This document shows positions 55,669 through 64,000 of a stretch of 64,000 nt of DNA, piece by piece. Made by a program: the position numbers and the translations under genes. How positions within the stretch are numbered: the first letter of the stretch is position 1; each line of letters starts with the position of its first letter. The stretch comes from Gammaproteobacteria bacterium (lineage in GTDB: Bacteria; Pseudomonadota; Gammaproteobacteria; JAKDMP01). The stretch spans positions 2,621 through 66,620 of the forward strand of contig JBAUSV010000184.1 of NCBI GenBank assembly GCA_049581885.1, written 5' to 3'. The notes beneath the pieces are model-generated. The model was not told where the DNA came from. It saw nothing but the letters and a program-made list of their open reading frames with translations, and searched no databases.

Positions 55669-57117
55669 TCAGACCTGCCAGAGGGCCATGAAATCGGTGA
55701 CGGAGGCGGCTTCCAGGGTCTGTTGATCAGCGCATAGCGCCTTGAGCGTTTCGCATTGCTCGGTGGACAGCCGGCCGTCAATAGCGTTCTCGAATTTCTT
55801 CACCAGCACCGGAATGCCTTCGGCGCGACGCTTGCGATGGCCGATGGGGAACTCCACTTCCACCCGCTCTGTCTGCGTGCCGTCCTTGAAGAACACCTGG
55901 ATGGCGTTACCGATGTAGCGCTTGGCCGGATCGTAGTAGTCCTTCGTGAACTGTTCGTTTTCCTGCACGCTCATTTTAGCGCGCAGCTTATCGACGCGCG
56001 GATCGGCAGCTATCTCGTCTTCGTAGTCGCTCGCTGTGAGACGACCGAAGATCAGCGGCACCGCGGTCATGTACTGGATGCAGTGGTCGCGGTCAGCCGG
56101 GTTGTTGAGCTCGCCGGTCTTGTCGATGATGCGCACACCCGGCTCCTGCGTCTCGATCACGATCTTCTCTACGTCGTCGAGGCGGCCCTTCACCTCGGGG
56201 TGCAGCGCCATGGCACATTCCACGGCGGTCTGGGCGTGGAACTCGGCCGGGAAGGATATCTTCAGCAGCACGTTCTCCATCACGTAGCTGCCGTAGTCGC
56301 GCTGGAACTGGAACGGTTGCCCCTTGAACAACACGTCGTAAAAACCCCAGGTCTTCGCCGACAGCGCCGTGGGGTAGCCCATCTCGCCGGTCAGCGCGAT
56401 GAGCGCCAGGCGCACGCCGCGCGAGGTGGCATCGCCTGCTGCCCAGCTCTTGCGCGAACCGGCGTTCGGGGCATGACGGTAGGTACGCAACGCACCGCCG
56501 TCGATGAAAGCGTGCGAGACCGCGTTGACGATCTGCTCGCGTGTGCCGCCGAGCATTTCGGTCACCACGGCGGCGGTCGCCAGGCGCACCAGCAATACGT
56601 GATCGAGTCCGACACGGTTGAAGGAATTTTCCAACGCGATGATGCCCTGGATTTCGTGCGCCTTGATCATGGCCGCGAGCACGGCTTTCATGCCAAGCGG
56701 CGCCTTGCCCGCCTCCGCGTTGCGGCGCGAGACGTAATCCGCGACCGAAAGTATGCCGCCAAGATTATCCGAAGGGTGCCCCCACTCCGCCGCGAGCCAA
56801 GTGTCGTTGAAGTCCAACCAACGGATCATCGTGCCAATATTGAACGCCGCCTGCACCGGGTCCAGTTCATGAGATGTCCCTGGCACCCGCGCACCATTTT
56901 CCAGTGTCGCGCCCGGTACCACCGGACCCAGCAGCTTGGTGCATGCCGAGTAGCTCAACGCCAGCATGCCGCAGGCCAACGTGTCCATAAGATCGTAGCG
57001 CGCCGTCTCGTAAGCTTCGCTGCTGCCGATGGTGTAGTCGATGACGTAGTCGGCGATATCGGTCAGGACTTTTTCGGGATCGGGGCGCTTGGCGGATTTG
57101 ATGTCGTGTGCAGACAA
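55669..57117 (-). CDS. prpD: 2-methylcitrate dehydratase
   Basis: MmgE/PrpD family protein. I trimmed the track ORF (541 aa) to a TTG at 57115-57117, preceded by GGAGAAAAGCA, giving 483 aa with an N-terminus (L)[11 protein letters not shown]...DYVIDY colinear with E. coli PrpD MSAQINNIRP...DYV. Confidence 0.75.
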   Translation of the reverse strand: MSAHDIKSAKRPDPEKVLTDIADYVIDYTIGSSEAYETARYDLMDTLACGMLALSYSACTKLLGPVVPGATLENGARVPGTSHELDPVQAAFNIGTMIRWLDFNDTWLAAEWGHPSDNLGGILSVADYVSRRNAEAGKAPLGMKAVLAAMIKAHEIQGIIALENSFNRVGLDHVLLVRLATAAVVTEMLGGTREQIVNAVSHAFIDGGALRTYRHAPNAGSRKSWAAGDATSRGVRLALIALTGEMGYPTALSAKTWGFYDVLFKGQPFQFQRDYGSYVMENVLLKISFPAEFHAQTAVECAMALHPEVKGRLDDVEKIVIETQEPGVRIIDKTGELNNPADRDHCIQYMTAVPLIFGRLTASDYEDEIAADPRVDKLRAKMSVQENEQFTKDYYDPAKRYIGNAIQVFFKDGTQTERVEVEFPIGHRKRRAEGIPVLVKKFENAIDGRLSTEQCETLKALCADQQTLEAASVTDFMALWQV

Positions 57118-57199
57118 TGCTTTTCTCCATACTTGCGTAGGAGCGTCCGTCCCGGCCGCGATCGCGACGGGGGCCGTCGCTCCTACAGGTGGCTTCGAT

Positions 57200-58357
57200 T
57201 TACGGGCGCTTGTCGATGGGGACGAACTTCTTGTCCTCGGACCCGGTGTAGTTGGCGCTCGGGCGGATGATCTTGCCGTCGGCGCGCTGCTCAATTACGT
57301 GAGCGCTCCAGCCGGTGGTGCGTGCGACGACGAACAACGGCGTGAACATCGCCGTGGGCACGCCCAGCATGTGGTACGACACCGCCGAGAACCAGTCGAG
57401 GTTGGGGAACATCTTCTTGGCGTCCCACATCACCGACTCGATCCGCTCGGCCACCTTGAACAGCTTCATGTCTCCGGCTTCCTCGGAGAGATCCTCGGCG
57501 ACCTTCTTGATCACCTTGTTGCGCGGGTCGCTGATAGTGTAGACCGGGTGCCCGAAGCCGATCACGATCTCCCTGGCTTCCACGCGCTTGCGGATGTCGG
57601 CCTCCGCCGCGTCCGGATCGTCGTAGCGGCTCTGGATGTCGAAAGCGACCTCGTTGGCACCGCCGTGCTTGGGTCCGCGCAATGCGCCGATCGCACCGGT
57701 GATCGCGGAGTACATGTCCGCGCCGGTGCCTGCGATCACACGCGAGGTGAAGGTCGAGGCGTTGAATTCGTGCTCGGCATAGAGGATCAGCGAGGTGTGC
57801 ATGGCCCGCACGTGCGACTTGGACGGCGCCTCGCCATGCAGCAGATGCAGGAAGTGTCCGCCGACGGAATCGTCGTCGGTCTCGACGTCGATCATGCGAC
57901 CGTTGTGGCTCCAGTGATACCAGTAGCAGAGCATGGATCCGAGCGAGGCGATCAGGCGGTCGGCGATGTCGCGCGCGCCTGCGGCATTGTGGTCGTCCTT
58001 TTCCGGCAGCGTGCAGCCCAGCGCGGAGACGCCCGTGCGCATCACGTCCATCGGGTGCGCGGAGGCCGGCAACTCCTCCAAGGTAGCGCGTACCACCTCG
58101 GGCAGGCCGCGCAGGCGGGCGAGCTTCATCTTGTAGGCGGCAAGCTCGGCCCGGTTCGGCAGCTTGCCGTGGACCAGCAGGTAGGCGACTTCTTCGAACT
58201 CGCACTTCTCGGCGATGTCGAGAATGTCGTAGCCACGGTAGTGCAGGTCGTTGCCGCTGCGGCCCACGGTGCACAGCGCCGTGTTGCCGGCGGCGACGCC
58301 GGACAGGGCGACGGATTTCTTTGGCCTGGGTAAATTCTGTTTCGTGTCCTCGCTCAT
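57200..58357 (-). CDS. prpC: 2-methylcitrate synthase / citrate synthase
   Basis: A 385-aa protein with the citrate synthase signature (GFGHPVY, catalytic His/Asp regions). It lies upstream of prpD. Confidence 0.85.
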   Translation of the reverse strand: MSEDTKQNLPRPKKSVALSGVAAGNTALCTVGRSGNDLHYRGYDILDIAEKCEFEEVAYLLVHGKLPNRAELAAYKMKLARLRGLPEVVRATLEELPASAHPMDVMRTGVSALGCTLPEKDDHNAAGARDIADRLIASLGSMLCYWYHWSHNGRMIDVETDDDSVGGHFLHLLHGEAPSKSHVRAMHTSLILYAEHEFNASTFTSRVIAGTGADMYSAITGAIGALRGPKHGGANEVAFDIQSRYDDPDAAEADIRKRVEAREIVIGFGHPVYTISDPRNKVIKKVAEDLSEEAGDMKLFKVAERIESVMWDAKKMFPNLDWFSAVSYHMLGVPTAMFTPLFVVARTTGWSAHVIEQRADGKIIRPSANYTGSEDKKFVPIDKRP

Positions 58358-58385
58358 CGATCAAACCTCTCTGGAAAACGAATTG

Positions 58386-58961
58386 TCAGTTTCGGAACTG
58401 CTCAGCGTTAGGCACTCGTGAACAGGAGTCGACCGGCTGCCCCTGGTGAAGCGTCTTGCGATAATTCAAGGCGCTTGTCCAACAGTCGCCAAGCGTCGAG
58501 CAGTAGCATGCCCGAACCACGATGTCACCGCCCAGCTTGGATTTGAAACGGAGCCAATCCTTGTGTCCGATTATCACCAGGTAGTCGAGTTTTTCGCCCG
58601 GTGACAGAACCGTGTGGTTGAACGTGGAAGTGCTGAACGAGCCCGGCTCAACGCCGAGTGCTGCAAAAACATGGTTCCAATCGGGCTGGGGTTTGCCATC
58701 CACCAGTACTTCGAGGCTCCGCACATGGGCCGGACCGACTCCTTGGTTCATCGCCACGAGGAGGCCGCCATGACTTTGTCCGTTTACCTGGTCGGTCGGC
58801 AGTGAATCGCTTTCCCCCAGTTCGAGGTAAGGCCAGACCTGCGCGCGCGTCTGCTGGCGCACGTTCCAGGCCGTATAACCCGAAATGAAAATTGCCAATA
58901 ATCCGATCAACGCGGCGATGATGGCCGCGATGGCGTCCCAGTTGTAATTGCGCTCGGACAT
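58386..58961 (-). CDS. hypothetical membrane-anchored protein inserted between prpB and prpC
   Basis: A 191-aa protein with an N-terminal TM helix and a Cys-containing extracytoplasmic domain. GC here is visibly lower (about 55%) than the flanking prp genes, and I recognise no motif. Confidence 0.45.
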   Translation of the reverse strand: MSERNYNWDAIAAIIAALIGLLAIFISGYTAWNVRQQTRAQVWPYLELGESDSLPTDQVNGQSHGGLLVAMNQGVGPAHVRSLEVLVDGKPQPDWNHVFAALGVEPGSFSTSTFNHTVLSPGEKLDYLVIIGHKDWLRFKSKLGGDIVVRACYCSTLGDCWTSALNYRKTLHQGQPVDSCSRVPNAEQFRN

Positions 58962-58967
58962 GGGGTC

Positions 58968-59858
58968 TTAGCCCTCCTTGCCGCCGAACAACTCGTCCAG
59001 GGTCCGCTCATAGCGGTGGTAGTCGAGGTGCTCGTACAGTTCCTCACGGGTCTGCATTTCGGGCACGACGCTTTTTTGCGTACCCTCGCGGAGCACGGTC
59101 TCGTAGAAGGCGAGCGCGGCCTTGTTCATCATCCGGTAGGCCCCGCAGCACAAGAGCTGGATGTCGACGCCCGCGCCGGCCAGCTCCTCGCGGGTGAACA
59201 ACGGTGTCTTCCCGAACTCGGTGATGTTGGCGAGGATCGGCACCTTGACCGCATCCTTGAACTGCTTGTATTCGTCCAGCGTGCGCACCGCTTCCGGGAA
59301 GATCATGTCGGCCCCGGCTTCCACACAAGCCAGTGCGCGCTCGATGCCCGCCTCCATCCCCTCGCTGGCGATCGCGTCGGTGCGCGCCATGATCACGAAT
59401 TGATCGTCGGTGCGCGCGTCCACCGCGGCCTTGACGCGGTCGACCATCTCGTCCTTCGAAACGATCTCCTTGTTCGGCCGGTGGCCACAGCGCTTGGCCG
59501 CCACCTGGTCCTCGATGTGCAGACCCGCGGCGCCGAACTTGGTGAAGGAGCGCACGGTGCGGGCGATGTTGAAGGCGCCGCCCCAGCCCGTGTCCGCATC
59601 CACCAGCAGTGGCAGATCGCAAGCATCGGTAATGCGGCGGATATCGGTCAGCACGTCGTCCAGAGTGGAGATACCGAGGTCCGGCATGCCGAGCGAATTG
59701 GCGGCCACGCCACCACCGGAGAGATACAGCGCCTTGTGCCCGGCATTCTTTGCCAGGCGCGCGGCATAGGCGGTAATCGCACCCACCACCTGCAGCGGGC
59801 GTTCAGCTTCAAGCGCGGCCCGGAAGCGGGCACCGGCGGATGGCTGGGGCATGGTCAA
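58968..59858 (-). CDS. prpB: 2-methylisocitrate lyase
   Basis: A 296-aa PEP-mutase/ICL superfamily protein with KRCGH catalytic loop and the [17 protein letters not shown] motif. Confidence 0.9.
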   Translation of the reverse strand: MTMPQPSAGARFRAALEAERPLQVVGAITAYAARLAKNAGHKALYLSGGGVAANSLGMPDLGISTLDDVLTDIRRITDACDLPLLVDADTGWGGAFNIARTVRSFTKFGAAGLHIEDQVAAKRCGHRPNKEIVSKDEMVDRVKAAVDARTDDQFVIMARTDAIASEGMEAGIERALACVEAGADMIFPEAVRTLDEYKQFKDAVKVPILANITEFGKTPLFTREELAGAGVDIQLLCCGAYRMMNKAALAFYETVLREGTQKSVVPEMQTREELYEHLDYHRYERTLDELFGGKEG

Positions 59859-59888
59859 AGTCCGGTTCGCTGTCGTTTCCCGACTATT

Positions 59889-61010
59889 TTATCCGACTGG
59901 CCACGCACCCGCATTCCGTGCCGAGGAGAACAGTTCTTCCTGCGCGGCAAAATCGGCTTCGTCGACGAAGCCGGACAGTCCCACCCCCACCAAGCGGTAC
60001 AGACAATCGGCCGGACGTTCTACTCGCGCACGCAGCGCGCAGGCAATATCGGCCAGTGCGCGCGCCGAATACAGGCGAGTCTGCGGCGTAAAACTGCGCG
60101 TGAGCACACGGAAGTCGGCCGTCTTGAGCTTGAGCACTACGGTGCGCGCCACTCGGCCTTCCTCGCGCTCAGCACCCTGCCAGGTCTTTTCCGCGAGCCG
60201 GCGAATATGCGGTTCGAGCTGATCGAGGCGCAAGTCCTGCTCGAACGTGTCCTCCGCCGAAACCTGTAACGTCGGTCGGTCCGGCTCGACCGGACTCTCG
60301 TCGATACCGCGCGCCAACTCATAAAGCCGCCGCCCCCAGCGCCCAAACCGTTCCTCAAGCAATGCCTCTGGCAAGGCACGCAGCTCGCCGGCTGTCGTAA
60401 CGTTTAAATCAGCCAGACGCTGCTTCATTACCTTGCCGACGCCGGGTAACTTGCCCACTGGCAACGGCGCCAGGAAAGCCTCGACCCGCACCGGACTCAG
60501 CACGAATAATCCATCAGGCTTGCGCCAATCGGAGGCGATCTTGGCCAGATACTTGTTCGGCGCCACGCCCGCCGAGGCGGTGAGTCCGGTTTCCGCACGG
60601 ATCACCTTGCGGATGGCCTGCGCAATCGCGGTCGCCGACGGCAGGACGATTTTGGGTGTGGTCACATCCAGATAAGCCTCGTCCAGCGACAGCGGCTCTA
60701 CCCGCTCCGCATAACGGGAAAAAATCTCCCGCACCTGCCGCGACACAGCCTTGTAGCGCACAAAATCCGGTGCCACGAACACCGCCCGCGGGCATAGCCG
60801 TTCGGCGCGCACCGCCGGCATCGCCGAGCGAATTCCAAAGCGGCGCGCCTCGTAGCTTGCCGCGCACACCACCGAGCGGGCACCGCGCCATGCGACTACC
60901 ACGGGCTGCCCGCTCAGCGCCGGATTGTCGCGCTGCTCCACCGAAGCATAGAACGCATCCATGTCAACGTGAATGATCTTGCGTTGAGGTTTCGCCACGG
61001 AGAAAACCAA
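59889..61010 (-). CDS. dinB: DNA polymerase IV (Y-family)
   Basis: A 373-aa protein with the KIIHVDMDAFYASVE catalytic motif plus little-finger domain. Confidence 0.9.
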   Translation of the reverse strand: MVFSVAKPQRKIIHVDMDAFYASVEQRDNPALSGQPVVVAWRGARSVVCAASYEARRFGIRSAMPAVRAERLCPRAVFVAPDFVRYKAVSRQVREIFSRYAERVEPLSLDEAYLDVTTPKIVLPSATAIAQAIRKVIRAETGLTASAGVAPNKYLAKIASDWRKPDGLFVLSPVRVEAFLAPLPVGKLPGVGKVMKQRLADLNVTTAGELRALPEALLEERFGRWGRRLYELARGIDESPVEPDRPTLQVSAEDTFEQDLRLDQLEPHIRRLAEKTWQGAEREEGRVARTVVLKLKTADFRVLTRSFTPQTRLYSARALADIACALRARVERPADCLYRLVGVGLSGFVDEADFAAQEELFSSARNAGAWPVG

Positions 61011-61075
61011 TACCCTCCGACCAGCACGCCAACCAGCTTAGCCGAAACGTGTGGCGGATCCAGAATCAGTCAATG

Positions 61076-61546
61076 TTACCGGACGCGGTGCTTCGTGAAG
61101 GCTTCGATGAGCCGGTCATGGGGTTCGGCACCGAGATGGCGCCAAACCAGGCACAGATACGTCGCGACGAATTCAGGGCCGTGCGCGGCGATCAGGCCGT
61201 GATGACGCAGGCTGGCGGCATGCCCGATTTCGTGCAACAGTACCGGAGTCGAGCGGGCCCAGCGTGGAAAGGAGAACAGCACGCTCTGACGCTTCAAATC
61301 ATAGGCGCTGTAGGCATGGCGAGTGCCGCGTCCGTCCTTGATTCTCACTTCGGGGAAAATGCCGAACTCGGTCTGAAACCAGGGTTCATCCAGCACGGCG
61401 TGTACAAAATGCTTGACGGCGGGAAACGTCAGACAGGGCCACTTACTCTCGGGCGGCATCCCGAATACTTCGTGTTCGGCCCGATACAGACGGGCACGCT
61501 GGCTGTCACGGGGACGGGCCGGCGCGCACCGGGAGAGGACATTCAA
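61076..61546 (-). CDS. SprT-like zinc metalloprotease domain protein
   Basis: A 156-aa protein. LLHEIGHAASLRHHGLIAAHGPEF matches the SprT signature H-E-x-x-H-x5-H-x-G-x3-A-P-H-G-x-E-W/F, as in E. coli SprT [22 protein letters not shown]. Confidence 0.5.
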   Translation of the reverse strand: MNVLSRCAPARPRDSQRARLYRAEHEVFGMPPESKWPCLTFPAVKHFVHAVLDEPWFQTEFGIFPEVRIKDGRGTRHAYSAYDLKRQSVLFSFPRWARSTPVLLHEIGHAASLRHHGLIAAHGPEFVATYLCLVWRHLGAEPHDRLIEAFTKHRVR

Positions 61547-61556
61547 TCCAGAAGAC

Positions 61557-62537
61557 TCAGTACACTTCGAGGAACATGCGCGGACCGGGCCGTACGTGGC
61601 GCTGAAACTCCTCGGGCGTGTAGTCGAGCGGACGCTTGCCTTCGGGTGGATTGCGCAGACTGATGTAGCCGTCGATACCGGCTTGGAGTAACTCGCGGTA
61701 AATGGACCATTCCATGTCCTTGATACCGCACACGTAGATCAGCGTGTTGGGTTGCGCCAGGGTCGCCCGCAGCGTTTCGTTTTCGCTGATTTCGTGATGC
61801 ACGTAACGCTTGAAACCGTTTTGGCGCCGCGCCTCGCGCGAAATAACGGGACGGTAGCTGAAACTCTTCATCTTCCGTGCGGCATCCGCAAACAGATCGT
61901 GATACATGTAGTCGGTACGGTACGGTACGCCCACCAACAGATGCACCGGCACATCGATGCCCGCCCGCAGCAGGTCCATCGTCATAGCTCGAAACGGAGC
62001 AAGGCCGGTGCCGGTCGCAAAAAACACGTAGTTATATTTTTCCGGCTCGCTCGGCAGCAGGAAACGCTTACCGGCGGGACCGGTCATCGCCACCTCGTCG
62101 CCCGGCTGCAAATCGCACAAGAAATTGGAGCACACGCCGAGATACAGCCGGTGGCTTTCCGGCCGTTCTTCGAGCACGCGCTTGACCAGGGTGGATACCA
62201 GCCGCCCCTGGCCGCCTTCACCGTCAGAGGGCGAGCTCACAGAATACAAACGCAACTTGTGCGCCTTGCCGTTGGCGTCCGTGCCCGCCGGGATCACGCC
62301 GAAACTCTGGCCCGCTCGGAGCTGGCCCTCGAGCGGCGTACCGCCTACATCGAACGTCACATGGCGCACGAAATTGGGACTCGACTCGGCGGTCACGATC
62401 CGCGACTCGGTCAGCGGCACCCGCACCGGCGCCTTCGCGCGGCACAGGTTGATCGCCACCTCGGGCAACACGGGCTCAATCACGCTGGACTCGTCCAAAA
62501 TTGTATTCTCCTGAGCGGTTAATGGCGGCATGGGCAC
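61557..62537 (-). CDS. fpr: ferredoxin--NADP(+) reductase, plant-type
   Basis: A 326-aa protein with FAD motif RLYSVSS, NADP motif FFATGTGLAPF, and the terminal aromatic ...FLEVY. Confidence 0.8.
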   Translation of the reverse strand: MPMPPLTAQENTILDESSVIEPVLPEVAINLCRAKAPVRVPLTESRIVTAESSPNFVRHVTFDVGGTPLEGQLRAGQSFGVIPAGTDANGKAHKLRLYSVSSPSDGEGGQGRLVSTLVKRVLEERPESHRLYLGVCSNFLCDLQPGDEVAMTGPAGKRFLLPSEPEKYNYVFFATGTGLAPFRAMTMDLLRAGIDVPVHLLVGVPYRTDYMYHDLFADAARKMKSFSYRPVISREARRQNGFKRYVHHEISENETLRATLAQPNTLIYVCGIKDMEWSIYRELLQAGIDGYISLRNPPEGKRPLDYTPEEFQRHVRPGPRMFLEVY

Positions 62538-62902
62538 ACAAGCGTCCGGGAGTCACATTGGCCCGGATATTGCGAGCGTCGGGGCGGCCGACCGGATTCA
62601 TCCGAACCCGTAAAATGGCGTCACTTTATCATGCGGTTCGACCTTCCGGCCCGCTGCACCTGAACACTCAGGCGCGCAGCGCCTGCTTGAAAATCGCCCG
62701 CGCCGAATCGTCGGAAAGAACGACATGGACCCGACACAATGCGTGCTTTCGGAACGCCTCGGAACGTACCGCGGTGACGGCGACCTGCGTCACCGCGGCC
62801 AGAGGATAACCAAACACACCGGTCAAAAGCGCCGGGAAGGCGATGCTACGCGCACGCCCTAGTAGTCGCTCGTGAACTGGCAGCATCAATGAGGCCGCGG
62901 CG

Positions 62903-63940
<1,038 letters not shown>

Positions 63941-64000
63941 TCATTCCGAATTCAAGATGACCGACCTTGTTCATTGGAGACTCTCCAAGGCTTCGTTGAC

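Noticed and set aside
55756-57270. 504-aa plus-strand ORF, and the 57089..58333 and 59016..60269 plus-strand ORFs
   Set aside because: They are antisense shadows of prpD, prpC and prpB/dinB respectively.
57291-58364. 357-aa minus-strand ORF overlapping prpC in another frame
   Set aside because: It is the alternative frame of citrate synthase, with an Arg-rich nonsense composition. The prpC frame carries the family motifs.
62668-62889. 73-aa minus-strand ORF downstream of the cas3-like fragment as a possible continuation of the helicase
   Set aside because: I translated all three frames after the 62903 stop. None shows RecA2 helicase motifs (no ATQVVEVGVD-like or arginine-finger motifs). The sequence is probably non-coding.

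Overview
This is a high-GC (about 65%) proteobacterial chromosome segment made almost entirely of core housekeeping genes, with no intact mobile element, defense system or CRISPR array. The backbone resembles a gammaproteobacterial origin-proximal region. On the minus strand it runs rsmG(gidB)-parA-parB, then an 18-kb block of housekeeping genes (DUF4124, rdgB, rph, PP2C phosphatase, yicC, gmk, rpoZ, spoT, uvrD, SMUG1-like glycosylase, tRNA-Met, two ClC channels, MidA, SDR, tRNA-Arg, cinA-like, acyltransferase), then the complete F1Fo operon atpIBEFHAGDC and glmU-glmS. The rest of the window holds: a UppS-like prenyltransferase; tRNA-Phe; a 4-gene Mla/MCE-type ABC lipid transporter (STAS-MlaE fusion, ATPase, MlaD, auxiliary lipoprotein); the ergothioneine pair egtB-egtD; yggX-mutY; AsmA; tRNA-Gly; a DUF2236/MpaB protein; a frameshifted lipoprotein gene in a lower-GC islet; gamma-glutamyltransferase; an FkbO/Hyg5-like chorismatase-fold gene; thiS-thiG; trmB; MarC; and a Rieske protein translationally coupled to a Cys/Met-metabolism PLP enzyme at the left edge. 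At the right end are a glutamate-synthase-like FMN protein; an APA-family permease next to a CntA/GbcA-like Rieske oxygenase; the methylcitrate operon prpB-(inserted hypothetical)-prpC-prpD; dinB preceded by a SprT-like HExxH metalloprotease and a plant-type ferredoxin-NADP reductase; and a truncated Cas3-family helicase N-terminal fragment. The most noteworthy items are the decayed Cas3-like remnant (62903..63922), the SprT-like protease/DinB pairing, the frameshifted lipoprotein, a short intergenic palindromic motif family (AATCAGG-type), and the foreign ORF wedged inside the prp operon. Many long ORFs in the six-frame track are antisense or N-terminally over-extended artefacts of high GC and were trimmed or rejected.
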